A stretch of DNA of 64,000 nucleotides from positions 11,926 to 75,925 of the IMG/VR virus record IMGVR_UViG_3300032007_000068, one strand, 5' to 3'. The translations under genes were made by a program, and so were the position numbers. Source of the DNA: a virus. Taxonomy: Duplodnaviria; Caudoviricetes. The notes under the pieces are model-generated. The model had not been told where the DNA came from. It searched no databases and saw only the letters and a list, made by a program, of their open reading frames with translations. This document shows, one piece after another, positions 47,081 to 58,111 of this stretch (positions are counted from its first letter, which is position 1; each line of letters starts with the position of its first letter).

Positions 47081-47218
47081 TCAAATAGACTTAGCAATCG
47101 AAGCTTCTGATTTAGTAATAGTCCGATCGGCTATTGAATAAAGCATATCTTTGGCGGCATCTGCATAAAAATTATAATTATTTTCATGATACTGATAATT
47201 CGTGGTAATAAGTGCCAT
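47081..47218 (-). CDS. Small hypothetical protein, 45 aa
   Basis: ATG after AAGGGG and a promoter, ending in TGA just upstream of the MTase. Confidence 0.4.
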   Translation of the reverse strand: MALITTNYQYHENNYNFYADAAKDMLYSIADRTITKSEASIAKSI

Positions 47219-47248
47219 TTTTAAAACCCCCTTATACTTTCTATAAAT

Positions 47249-47277
47249 ATTATATCATATTTTCTATTAAAAGTAAA
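47249..47277 (-). promoter_or_regulatory. sigmaA-type promoter for the MTase operon
   Basis: TTTACT-17-TATAAT with TG extension. Confidence 0.6.
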
Positions 47278-47304
47278 GAGAGAGACATTTAATTTATCTC
47301 TCTC
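47278..47304 (-). terminator. Terminator after the helicase gene
   Basis: GAGAGAGA/TCTCTCTC stem, followed by a T-rich tract on the minus strand. Confidence 0.6.
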
Positions 47305-47308
47305 ATTT

Positions 47309-48514
47309 CTATATAATCACTAATCTTTTTGCCGCTCGTGTTATGCCGGTATATAGGTAGCGTTGCCGCTCTTCCTTTCCACGAGGCCAATGCGGTTCAT
47401 CGAACAGCAAAACCTTATCCCACTCTGATCCTTGCGCCTTCCAGACTGAAATGGCGTAACCGTAATTTAAATGGTGCGGTGGATTTTCTTCTAGCTTTTT
47501 CTTTATCCAATACTCATTTTCAGCGGTTAAAGCTGGAGCCTCTGTTAAAATTTCATTATAATCGGCGATTACACCTTGAAAAATTTCTTCATCGTCACCT
47601 ATTAAATTACATTGAAAAGTGGGTACTACTATAGCTTCTGAGTTATTGCCACAACTAAAAGGTGGATATACTTTTTCGCCAATAACATAATCTTGTAACT
47701 TACTAATAACGCCATTGGTAAAAGGATTACCGCTTGAAGACGAGACATCCCAATCATTATTTAAATTAATAAGCTTATCTCCAATTTCTGGCATTTCTCC
47801 ATAACCCAATTCTGCTCTACATAAACGATTTAAGACCCTACGAGTAGAATGAGTAGCACATAAAATTTCATCTGCCCAAGAACAAACACCATTGTTAATT
47901 TCATTTGCGGGCAGAAAACGTACTTCTTGTCCTTCTGGTTTATACTGATATAGAGGTTTCCCGTTTCTTATAAACATAGATAATCGTATGATTTCGCTTT
48001 CTTGCGCTTGCCGCATTACTTCATCGAGAAATATATGCGGGTTGTCTAGGACGTGATTGTCTGGGTCTTCGCCTTTTTTATTGGGGATAGGACTAAGTTG
48101 TGCTGGGTCGCCGCACGCGATAATATAGATTTTATATCGGCATAGCGCATCCCACATTTTCTTTGGCAACATAGAAACTTCATCAACAACCACTATTTTA
48201 GGTTCGCCTTCTAAAGTAGGACGTTTGGTATAAATAAAACGTCCATTGGGTAGTTGTTTAGAATAATAAATGAGTTTATGCGCCGTAGTAGCATTAGGGC
48301 AGCCCTTATTTTTTAATACGGTAGCTGCCTTACCCGTATAGGCTATGTAACGGACGTCTTTTTCTGGGTCAACACCCAAAGCATCTATAATAAAACGCAC
48401 TAAGGTAGACTTGCCCGTTCCGGCATACCCGGCTATTACGGTGTACTTTTCTCGCTATTTGCATCGCTCGACCGCAATCCGTAGTCCTTCAGCTTGCTTA
48501 CGAGTCAATTCCAT
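47309..48514 (-). CDS. SF1B helicase (RecD/Dda-like), 401 aa (one TAG)
   Basis: The N-terminal extension MELTRKQ...IAGYAGTGKST (Walker A) is reached through TAG 48455-57. Other motifs: VVDEVSM, GDPAQL, YAISVWKAQGSEWD, YTGITRA. Confidence 0.9.
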
Positions 48515-48821
48515 CGGTTGGACCTCCATAATAATTAAAAGCACTATAAGGATAAGCGGTCGTACAAGGACGAATTAATGTTGCAATAATCTCTTTAGGA
48601 GTGCCGTATTCGATATAACTTATATTACATCTATGGCCTTTACCTGAAGAACGAGCGGGGTATATTCTCCAAATATCTTCATTATCACAATATAGAGCAA
48701 TATTAGTTTTAGTTGCTCGAATCTTAGTTCCAATATTAAGATTTTCATAACCTCGCTGCATCTTTTTTAACAACTCAAAAGCTTGGTCTTTATTTTCATA
48801 ATACCATATAATACCAATCAT
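48498..48821 (-). CDS. Hypothetical protein, 107 aa
   Basis: Track ORF, coupled to its neighbours. Confidence 0.6.
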   Translation of the reverse strand: MIGIIWYYENKDQAFELLKKMQRGYENLNIGTKIRATKTNIALYCDNEDIWRIYPARSSGKGHRCNISYIEYGTPKEIIATLIRPCTTAYPYSAFNYYGGPTDGIDS

Positions 48822-49574
48822 TTAATTCACCCCGCGGAAGTAATTATAAGCAATAGCCGCACAATTTTGGCGCGCACTATAAGAACCGCTCCCACAACGC
48901 TCATAGACCTTAGCAAATGCCAGCGCAACTTGGCGAGGATCGGTTAATTCAAGAAAATCTTGATATGTAAAGCCAGATTTATAAACTTTTCCATACACCG
49001 TAAATTCATATTCCATAGTTTCCATTAAGAAGGCTATTTGCATTGGCGTATCCGCACCTTGCACATCTGGATAATATTTGCGGCTCCACTGAGCTAAACC
49101 ATAATGCCCGCCAGATTTACTATATAAAAGTGGATTAATATCAAGGGTTTGCCCCGCCGTTTCAACCATAAAATTACCAAGTAGTCCAGCGACAACGGCA
49201 TCAGATAAGTTATATGACTTTAAGAGTATCCATACCCGCGTGGCGTCCGGGTATTCTAGTTCTTTCGCTTCCCAGACCGCCCGCAGCTCTGTTTGCAAAG
49301 TATGGTATTCGTGGCGAGCATTTTCAGCAGCCCACCATGCTTCTTTAGCTGTTTGAATAATAATATGGTCGTCGGTATATCCCAAAGCCCGCGCGGCCTC
49401 GGCCATAATATGAGCATTTTCTTTTCGCTCTTGCTGCTCTGTAATTAATAGTTCTAATTCAATATAATCTTCGTATGAATATGGAGTTGCCACTTCAAGT
49501 GAAGCGGCAGGAACTACAGACTGGCAGCCGCATAATATTAATACTAATAAAAATATAATTATCTTTTTCTGCAT
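48822..49574 (-). CDS. Exported (lipoprotein-like) protein with a C-terminal phage tail lysozyme-like domain
   Basis: Signal peptide with lipobox LILCGC, a coiled-coil middle region, and a C-terminal AGLLGNFMVE...NP...GLAQW...QIAFLMET...AFAKVYER pattern (Phage_lysozyme2-like, recognised by motif). Confidence 0.65.
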   Translation of the reverse strand: MQKKIIIFLLVLILCGCQSVVPAASLEVATPYSYEDYIELELLITEQQERKENAHIMAEAARALGYTDDHIIIQTAKEAWWAAENARHEYHTLQTELRAVWEAKELEYPDATRVWILLKSYNLSDAVVAGLLGNFMVETAGQTLDINPLLYSKSGGHYGLAQWSRKYYPDVQGADTPMQIAFLMETMEYEFTVYGKVYKSGFTYQDFLELTDPRQVALAFAKVYERCGSGSYSARQNCAAIAYNYFRGVN

Positions 49575-49583
49575 ATATTCTCC

Positions 49584-51323
49584 TTAAAAGTAATATTGTT
49601 GGCGGTTAGTAATTTCATAATCTTCAATAATAATTTGCGGAGTAATGGTATTGTAATATTTATTAGTGTTACAACGTCCTACTAAAGTTATATAAACACA
49701 GCCAGTTTCGCTATATAATTCCTAATATTCCTCATATGAGGATTTAAATTTAATAAAGGCTACTCCATTTGGTAACTGAATTTTAATAGCTGGTTTTTTA
49801 TCTGGTGACATTAAAGTAAGTTTATCTGCGGTAATAGGTAAATTTTCTACTGCCACATAAGGCTCACTAATTTCCTGACCCCATAATGCCTTAGCATTTC
49901 CTATTGCTAAAATATTATCGGGAATTAAGTCATCTTGATGCCATACAAAGTCTACACGGTATATTGGTGCAAAATGAATATTAGCCAATTCTTCATCAGC
50001 ATAGTTAATAAATAAATTAATATACTCATCGGGGAAAGCTGTACCGAAAGCGTTTGGATGCCCCTCCGCATACAGACTAAATCCGCTATCACGAACAAAT
50101 TGACGAAAATCTGTTAGGCTGCCTTGCTAATAGCCTCGCGCAGAGCCAGACCAAAATATCTTTCCCTCTTCATCGAAGGTAGGAGAAAGTAAACAAACCG
50201 GCCGTTGGTATTTAGCCATAAGTTTGTTAGCGATTAGTCCGGTGATACCCTTGTCATAAGTTTCTATCATCTTGATAACTAGTACTTTATGCTCTAAAAG
50301 CTAGTCTCGTGTGATTAAAGCCTCAACTTTCTCAACCATTTCATCCTGTTCTCTTGTTTGACGGTTTTTAATATTAATACAAGTACGAACAGCCTATTCT
50401 ACCCTACTTTCTAAAGTATTTGACATACCCCTTTTAGTAGAAGGGATAAGTTCATCTGCTTTCCAAGTTAAAAATGACTCAAACAAAAGTAGTTTCTCTG
50501 CCATATTTCCTACACGGGTAACTGCATTAATATAAGGTACAATGTAAAAAGCTACGCCAATAGGCGTTAATTCATCACCTAATGAATATGAGTTTCTTTC
50601 TGCCATAGCCGCTATAAAAGGATTGCGGATGCTATTCAAGCCAGCCTGTATTAAATAGTGAGTTTCTAAATCTCTCGTATCCATCATATCAGCTATGAGC
50701 CCCAATGCAACTATATCACTGAACTGAGTAGCTAGTTCATCGCCACATAATTCATCTATATATTCACATAATTTATAAACAATACCTACTCCACTTAGCG
50801 ATTTAGTAGGATAGTCGCACAACTAATTATTAACAACGCAAGCGAAAGGACTCACATATTCAGCCTAGTGGTGGTCAAGCACTAATACTTCTACGCCCTC
50901 TTTAGATAAAGCTTCATGAATTTCATAGTCGTTGCTGGAACTATCGGGCGCTATTACTAATGCGATATCTCCATCTATAACTAGGTCGTGTAAACCATGG
51001 GTTTTTCCTTCGTGCGTATAATAAGTAAAGTTTCCTATGGCGCTAGGAAACCGAGCATAAATATAGTTTAAAAGGAGCGCAGCGCTAGTATATCCGTCGC
51101 AATCGCTGTCTATGCATATCATAATTTTACTTTCCGCAGAAATGTGCTTAAGTAAAAGTGCTGCCGCTTCTCTAATATTATCTAATAGAATAGGAGGCAA
51201 ATCATCATCACGAGTAACATTTAAATACTACTTAATTTTATCCTTTTCTATGCCTCTATTGGTTAATACCTATTCTAATATCGTATAATTTTCATTTCTT
51301 GGATTAATTAACTTATATTCCAA
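49584..51323 (-). CDS. recJ: RecJ-like DHH single-stranded DNA exonuclease, 579 aa (code 15)
   Basis: DSDCDGYTS, DHH, LSGVGIVYK, ALGLIADMM, GHPNAFG. Track fragments 50865, 50394 and 49722 are joined by TAG. TTG start at 51323. Confidence 0.88.
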
Positions 51324-51331
51324 AATATATC

Positions 51332-52441
51332 TTACCTCCCTGATGGCACTATTCTTGTTTGTAATAATTGCTCAAAGACTTCTTTGCCGCAATCAGTGGG
51401 AGAAGCCTTATAGGGGGTAATCATTTCTTTATCAAATATGGCGGTAATTTTTATAGTTTTATTATATTTATCATATAAATTAATTAATTTCTTTTTTAAT
51501 TGTATAAATTCACTATCTGAGTTCCCTAATGCTTGGAATTGACGGTCAAATGCTAATACCACTTCTTTAGCTCCGCACTTCTTCAATAGTTCTATATGAT
51601 AACTAGAAACATTACTTCCGCAGCAGGCTACAGAAATATCTTTATCATAACCGTAAAAACTACTAAATTGAAGGCAGCTCTTCTCCGATTCTAGCAAAAT
51701 AGCGACTTGCGATTTACGAATATTGTCTTTGGAATTATTAAGGTTATATAAATTCATAGAAAGAGGATGGCTATATTGGATACCATTAATTAATAATGGA
51801 CGATATTTACCATATCTCTCGCCATCCTCTATAGATAAAGTACGTCCTCTAATACCAACTAACCTGTTATTAATGTCGTAATGAGGAATTGTAATTTGGT
51901 TATCACCGGGGTAATACCCGATGTGATTATGTAAACTTACTTCTCTTTTTATACCTTCTATTTCCCACCGAAGAATGCGGGGATAGGAGAATTTATCTAG
52001 TATTGCCGCGTCGTATTCTGGCAATATAATACCTAATTGAGCTCGTTTACGATTAAACTTGTGACGTCGAAAAACTTCCCAGTCTAAAAGTTCTTCTGTG
52101 TCAATTATTGAAGCTTGACCTTCGAAACCGAAGTAGCGTGCAATGTAATCCATTGCGTCATAAAGCTCCCAAGTCTCTTCTTTTTGTATTTTAGCTATTT
52201 TAATTGCCAATTCAAATATATCAAATGAACCAGAGCAGCCAGTATAACAAACAAAAAGTTTAGTACTTGTATAATAATATAATTTGCGCGACCCCTCAAG
52301 AGGTGGGTTATGACAAATTGTACGACTCTTTATTCCGAAAGAAGTGTACTCTGGCTCCCCGCCCCATAATTCTAAAAGGTCATAAATTTGAGTAATCTCT
52401 AATTTACTTTTTAATTCATCCTTATTATAGTATCTCGACAT
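51332..52441 (-). CDS. DNA primase (Zn-binding + TOPRIM)
   Basis: TICHN...CYTGC zinc-binding region, ITIPH.....LVGIRGR, LYNLN, ESEKS, AFDR. Confidence 0.85.
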   Translation of the reverse strand: MSRYYNKDELKSKLEITQIYDLLELWGGEPEYTSFGIKSRTICHNPPLEGSRKLYYYTSTKLFVCYTGCSGSFDIFELAIKIAKIQKEETWELYDAMDYIARYFGFEGQASIIDTEELLDWEVFRRHKFNRKRAQLGIILPEYDAAILDKFSYPRILRWEIEGIKREVSLHNHIGYYPGDNQITIPHYDINNRLVGIRGRTLSIEDGERYGKYRPLLINGIQYSHPLSMNLYNLNNSKDNIRKSQVAILLESEKSCLQFSSFYGYDKDISVACCGSNVSSYHIELLKKCGAKEVVLAFDRQFQALGNSDSEFIQLKKKLINLYDKYNKTIKITAIFDKEMITPYKASPTDCGKEVFEQLLQTRIVPSGR

Positions 52442-52607
52442 CAATGACCGGCTCCTTAATGCCGAATGACTCATTGATTACCTTTAGTACATAGTCCTTA
52501 GCCGAGCCAACTTTGTCTTCGCCCTTGCGGGTTGCAGCAATACTATCATAGAATTTACGATTAAGCTGATAAATAACTCCGTTACCTTTTCTAAAACCTT
52601 TAGCCAT
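52425..52607 (-). CDS. Small hypothetical protein, 60 aa
   Basis: AAAGGAG RBS, located between the helicase and primase genes. Confidence 0.55.
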   Translation of the reverse strand: MAKGFRKGNGVIYQLNRKFYDSIAATRKGEDKVGSAKDYVLKVINESFGIKEPVIDVEIL

Positions 52608-52621
52608 AAGTTTTATCTCCT

Positions 52622-54193
52622 TTAAAATTTATGTGTAGTTTCCCAAGGGGCTGGGTCATCTTCTACAATGACTTTAATATCTTCGATTGGCAACAGCTGG
52701 TGCCGCCAATCCGTACAAAACTGCGGTTCAATGCGACACGTACCTAGGTCTGCCGCACACCACAGATAAATTCCTTTATATGCACCTCGTCTGTTTTTAT
52801 AAACGGACAACTTAATATTAGGCATTCGGAAGTGCGGGTTACCTGCTACTATGCCTTCTATTTTCACCAAATCATCATTGGTGGGTGTTAGAAGAATCAT
52901 ACCTAGGTCTGCTCGGTCCGCGATGCTCTTCGCACCGCGCAATAAGTTCTGGTCTGGCGTTTCAGAATCTTGATAAGACGAATTTAACTAAGTCGCAGTT
53001 AAAATAAAAATTCCATACTTATTAGCCAAATCTTTAAGACGAGCCGAAAGCATGAACAAGATGTTATCTTCACGAAGTCTAACTCCACCACTTTTATGAG
53101 TTATCTCTTCCAGAATTTTTAAGCTAGTTTGTAAGTAGTCAAAAGCTACATATTTGACGCCATTATCTCTAATATGTCGTTTGATTTTATTTTCGACATC
53201 TTGAAGTGAAAAATCTGGCAGTTCCTCAATCCATAACGGGCTATTTTGCAAAATCCGCGCGGCTTCTTTTACTCTTTCTAGTTCATCATCTTCATAACGA
53301 CCATCAAGAATATGCGTTTCGTTTACATTAGATAAAAAAGAAAGCATCATAGTCTGAACTTCACTTTTATCTTGCTCTGTAGCAATAAACAGCGTAGGTT
53401 GTTTTAAACCATTGGTAATCCAACCCCAATCATTATGATAAATGCGGTCACACGCGAAGTTGCAGGCATCCGCAATCATAGAACGAGTTTTGCCCGTTCC
53501 GGTGGCAGCTGACCTTAAGTAGAGCTTACGTAGCCTTGCGCCACGAGTAACAGTATTAATTAAAGGCCCATATAGCGGAATACCAATTTCTGGGTGCTTT
53601 TGTAAGTCTGTTATTAATTCATTGATCCCATCGCCAGCTTGATAAGCCATACCTAAATCATCTTCCGCAAATTCTCCACGAATAGCATCAATTCTTAAAT
53701 CAACAGCCTTAGCTATGTCTAACAAAGTAGCTTGATCTATCCAATCTTCTTGCTCTTGCTTCTTTTTGGCGTCTAATATATTAGTAGGGTCATAAAGAAA
53801 ACTAACATCTACGCCATAATTATCATAAGCCCGCAGTAAAGAAAACTTTTTTAATCTATTATAATAATAATTAAAAGTATCTATATTTGCTAACTCAGAA
53901 GCCTCAACTAAGTATTCAATACCTTTATTCTGTTGAAAAATTGCATTAAATTTTGGTCTATTGGCAAGATAATCTATTATCGCATCAATAGTCACTTTAC
54001 TATTATTTAGATGCAAATTATACATAGAGCCAAATACTATTTTATGGAAATCTTCAACAAAATCTTTTTCAGTTATAGAGTATTCATCTGTGTTATCTAA
54101 TATTGTTGAATTATTGAGTACACAGCCTATTACTTGAGTTATAGCGGCGACATCTACATAATTATTCTTTGCCACTATCCTATGCCTCCTCAT
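52622..54193 (-). CDS. dnaB: DnaB-like replicative helicase, about 520 aa (single TAG at 52988-52990)
   Basis: SAATGTGKT (Walker A), FIATEQ, FDYLQ, ILTAT[TAG]LN (motif H3 Gln), LRGAKSIADRAD, KNRRG. A GTG at 54175 is an alternative start. Confidence 0.92.
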
Positions 54194-54707
54194 CTAAAAA
54201 TGTAAATTGAGGTCGTAAGTGCCGCATAGGTTTTCTCAAAGGATTAATAATATGAACCTCTCGCACTTGCGGAGCGTCTGTCTGTTGTGCTTGTTGGTTG
54301 TGTTCTCGCGCCATTTGTACAGCAACCCAGTAAGCTTGTGCATCATCATAAATATATTCAACGATACCAATACCGCCTCTAGCTTGCTCTATTGACCCGT
54401 TTTTTATTTCATACCAATATTTTAAAGTTTTATAAATGCCTTTATAAGTTTTACCTTCACCTAAATACTGTCTTACTTGTTGATATATACGAGTAGCTAA
54501 GGTATCTGTTTGAAATAATTGCTTCATATAAGCATACATTTCTTCTTCCTCTTGTTCTTGCGCGGAGGCTTCTCCAGTTGCGCAAGCTGCGTGGGCATAA
54601 CGGTTCTTTATCTTGACCCATTCACAATCTTCTCGATAGAAACTTTTCCCACAATACTTGCATTTTACCATTGGCTTTTTTGCTGCTATGAAAAGACCTC
54701 CTTTCAT
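54180..54707 (-). CDS. Hypothetical protein with an N-terminal CxxC...HxxC zinc finger
   Basis: CKYCG...HAAC. Located directly upstream of the helicase. The best RBS spacing favours ATA 54689 as the start. Confidence 0.65.
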   Translation of the reverse strand: MKGGLFIAAKKPMVKCKYCGKSFYREDCEWVKIKNRYAHAACATGEASAQEQEEEEMYAYMKQLFQTDTLATRIYQQVRQYLGEGKTYKGIYKTLKYWYEIKNGSIEQARGGIGIVEYIYDDAQAYWVAVQMAREHNQQAQQTDAPQVREVHIINPLRKPMRHLRPQFTFLDEEA

Positions 54708-54720
54708 ACTCTATATAAAT

Positions 54721-54749
54721 ATTATACCATAAATCTTTATAAAAATCAA
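54721..54749 (-). promoter_or_regulatory. sigmaA-type promoter
   Basis: TTGATT-17-TATAAT with TG extension. Confidence 0.65.
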
Positions 54750-54785
54750 ATAGAGGCTACTTTTAATAGTAACCTCTATCTTTAA

Positions 54786-57026
54786 TCACTTTAATAATTC
54801 TTTTAGTTCACCCAAAATAAGGTCAAGTTGCTCGCATTGAGAATCTGTACAATCACTAACCTTTTTACCTTTACCTAAATACCTATCAACAATAGAAGTA
54901 ATTCTCATTCCATTTGATTGATTAGCGGTCATAAGTTTGCCCACCAGATCAGTAAATTCCTCTTTCATCGCTATAAAATCATAAACCTTAGGTTCTGCGA
55001 TGGGAGCTTCACGCTGGTCTGTGATATATACTCCACCATATTCGTCAGCCTCTGTCTCGATAGCGTCATTAACCGCACGAACAAGAGCATTATAGTCAAG
55101 TGGAATTTCATTTACTATATTTTTAAAGCGGCTGCCGCAATCAATAGAGTTATCAAGAGAACGAATGTATATTTTTCTTTCTTTCGATATTTCGTCTAAA
55201 GCGGCATATAAATAAAGGTCTGCCATATCTTTCATTATATTATTTAATGAAGTCTGCGCGGTCGGCACTATCTGGTTATATTCCGTACCGTCCTTGCGCT
55301 TAAAGGTTTTATCTTTATCATGACTTATACAAACTAAAGAATAACCAAGCTGGGTTATCGTTCTCATACAATCCTGTAATTCGGTTTTGTACTTAGACCA
55401 GCCATTATTAGTCCAACCACCATCACCTATAGAGTCAATACCCAGCTGACCGCAAATGTATTTCTCACAGAGCGCGCCGGCTAAATCAACCGTATCAATA
55501 ACTATCGTCTTAAAACGCTCTTTAACTTCGGGCTTTTTTAGTTCACGTATTACTTCTTTAAACTCGCTCCACCGCGTAATGTCCTAGACCATTACACCGG
55601 GCAACGCATTATATCCTTTTTCGAATGCCAGTATCAGCGCTTTAGGAAACTTGCTGCACAGTGTCGTCTTACCCACCTTCAATTTGTTATCCTAAAAGTT
55701 TTTTATCTTTTAGTTCTTACATTTCCTATTAATGTAAGTTCAGCATATCTTTTCATCTCTAATCCAGAGATGCGTAGTCTCGTGGGATTTTATTTCTTTT
55801 TTAGAATTTCTTCAAATTTATCTTTTTTGCGTTTTAGAAAAAGAGTATTAGGAGTATATAAGATATTATATATATTTTTGGTAGCATTGGTACTATACTG
55901 AATTACATAAAGAGGACTATTTACACGTTCTTGCTTTTGGATATTCACTTTAGGTATCTGGTATGCTTCATACAACCAATCTACTATCCATTGCAAAATT
56001 TCTCTTGTGGCTGAACAGACTTGCCAACGCAAAGATTTATTCGATATAATATAATTTATTGAGCCGTCCCCATCAAAGTAGCCTCTGATATAATCTATCC
56101 AATATTTTTTTTCTAATTTATCTGGCGGTGTAAGCGTAAAGGTTTTTTTGGGAGTAATATTATATTTAGCAAGTTCATTTTTAACGATTTGAGAGGTAAA
56201 GGTTAATTTTGAAACGGAAAATCCTTCTGCGGTTATATAATCATCAATTGGACGACCGCCAATGATATTTTGTATTTTTTCTAATATTTCACGATCAATA
56301 GATGAAAGTCCCAAAGAAATATCATTTCTATCCTTTGAGACGCTCCCATCAGAAGCTAAAAAACCTAATAAATATGCCATATTGGCTGACTGTTCTAAGA
56401 AGAAAGCCTCATTTACATAGTATTTCCGTTGATTTTGTGGCAGAGTTTTCATAATATCTGCATGACTACGATAAATACCGAGTTCTTGCAATACTCTTCG
56501 TAAAGAATCTTCTCCACAATGGACAGCTTCTATACAATCTTTTGTCGTCCCGCCGGTGCTATAAATGGAATAAATTAATTCTTTTTCTTCTTGCGTAAAT
56601 ACCCTTTTGCTTGCTTCGTTGCTCTGTCCTGTTCTAAGTACTCCATACCCATGAGGTATATCATATTTATCTAAAATAGCAGCAACCCAAGAATTACGAT
56701 GATGATATTTTCTAGCTATTTTAGATATACATATTTTATTAACTGTATAATCTTTAATTACATCTTCTTCTATTTTTTCGATATTCAATCCGAACATCCT
56801 TTCTTCTAAAAAAGTTTATTTATCCTATGCGTTGCGCGTGGCTAAATTTTTGCATCTAGCCTTCCGCTCTGATTCCCATCTCAGGGTTCCAGCTTTTTAC
56901 TACGTTGTAAACACTAATCGCTTAGTGAGTGGCCAAGGTTTTAGCCGCTCCGTATAAGTAGGTAATAAACCCGGATAAATCTCGGCTCACCCGGTGCGGT
57001 TCAATTGCCATTAGATTAATTGCCAT
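54786..57026 (-). CDS. P-loop AAA-family ATPase (phage recombination/replication, AAA_24-like), spliced join(57026..56943, 55679..54786), 325 aa
   Basis: MAINLMAIEPHRVSRDLSGFITYLYGAA|KVGKTT (Walker A split by the intron), AFEKGYNAL, TIVIDTVD (Walker B), ISHDKDK. One TAG at 55584-86. Confidence 0.85.
55680..56942 (-). mobile_element. Group I intron in the Walker A motif of the AAA ATPase (1263 nt)
   Basis: Exon ends GCGGCT (U), and P1 pairs GGCU with GGCC. It contains an AAAAGCTGGAACCCTGAGATGGGAATCAGAGCGGAAG core and a variant P7 GCATA/TATGC (CAACGCATAG ... AAGATATGCTG), and ends in G. Splicing restores GAAKVGKT. Confidence 0.85.
55790..56797 (-). CDS. Intron-encoded LAGLIDADG homing endonuclease with N-terminal HTH repeats
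   Basis: AYLLGFLASDGSV and YIRGYFDGDGSI motifs, plus YYVNEAFF. No TAG in 335 codons. Confidence 0.92.
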   Translation of the reverse strand: MFGLNIEKIEEDVIKDYTVNKICISKIARKYHHRNSWVAAILDKYDIPHGYGVLRTGQSNEASKRVFTQEEKELIYSIYSTGGTTKDCIEAVHCGEDSLRRVLQELGIYRSHADIMKTLPQNQRKYYVNEAFFLEQSANMAYLLGFLASDGSVSKDRNDISLGLSSIDREILEKIQNIIGGRPIDDYITAEGFSVSKLTFTSQIVKNELAKYNITPKKTFTLTPPDKLEKKYWIDYIRGYFDGDGSINYIISNKSLRWQVCSATREILQWIVDWLYEAYQIPKVNIQKQERVNSPLYVIQYSTNATKNIYNILYTPNTLFLKRKKDKFEEILKKK

Positions 57027-57076
57027 AGTAATACTCCTTTCAACTTAAATTAATACAAGGATATTATATCCTTGTA

Positions 57077-58027
57077 TTAAAAGTTGTAAACGGGCTTTTT
57101 AGCACCCGTAGTAGGAGTGGCTGCGGCAGCCGGGATAGCACTGCCCTTAGAAGCGCGATACTCATCCTGGCGCTTCTTAATGTCGGCAAGAGTAATCTCA
57201 CGCTTGGCAAGTGCCTCAGAAAGCTCTGCCGCAGTTATAGTCTCAGCATCATCCCAAACATAAGGTTCTGCCGCGGCCCAATTAACTACAAAATCGCGAT
57301 GGGAACTCTTAACTTCGCGCACAGAGGGGTCACCAAATGCGCTCTCTTCCTCATAGGTGCGGACAACGGTCTGATTTACCTCAATACCACGAAGTTTTGT
57401 GAATACAGGGTTCTTGCCGCTAATCTCAAGGCCCTCAAAATAGCTAATGGCACCAGGGTGATAAACAGAGAAATCGTAAGGCAGGGGAGCGCCTCTGAAA
57501 TTGAATATATACCCAAACAGATTAAGGTACTCAGGAGTATTCTTTTCCTCGTTTGCCTCAAAATGAGTTGCCTTGGTAATAACCATATCAACTTCAAAAA
57601 TAGCACGCTTATTCTCGTCAGCAATAAGCTCAGTCTCTGTAATGCTATGAACAAAACCGCCCTCATTGCGGCGAGCGCTTACCAGCTCTTCGACCCCATT
57701 ACGGTTACTATAAAACTCATTAAGGTCAAGGGCAGTATCTATACGCACAAAGCCTGGATTGCCCGACATAACAGTACCAATCTTACCATCAATAATAGCC
57801 TTCAGCGTATTGAATGTAGCATTGGGCTTACCCTACGCAGTCACCGCAGTTACATAAGTAAAGTGGACCGGTACAATATTCAGCTTTTCATTGTCTGTTG
57901 CTACACTAAGAGTACCAGAAATAAATTCTACGCCTGGAGTCTTAGCCTAGGCGCCAGTTACTTTCAGCTCCAGCTTGCTCTCATATACCCAACCTTCAAG
58001 ATGTACATTATTCTTCATTTTCTGCAT
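57077..58027 (-). CDS. Putative single-stranded DNA-binding protein, 316 aa (two TAG)
   Basis: MQKMKNNVHLEGWVYE..., reached through 2 TAG. It has beta-rich OB-like halves, a flexible C terminus ending in an aromatic residue (YNF) and high-expression codon bias, and sits in the replication cluster. The function is inferred. Confidence 0.55.
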
Positions 58028-58082
58028 AATCGTCAAATCTCCTTTTAAAAAACTTAAAATATTCTCTGAATTTTCTAAAATT

Positions 58083-58111
58083 ATTATATCATAAATTATC
58101 AATAAGCGCAA
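58083..58111 (-). promoter_or_regulatory. sigmaA-type promoter
   Basis: TTGCGC-17-TATAAT with TG extension. Confidence 0.6.

Noticed and set aside
57299-58048. 249-aa plus-strand ORF
   Set aside because: Antisense shadow of the SSB-like gene in an all-minus-strand region.
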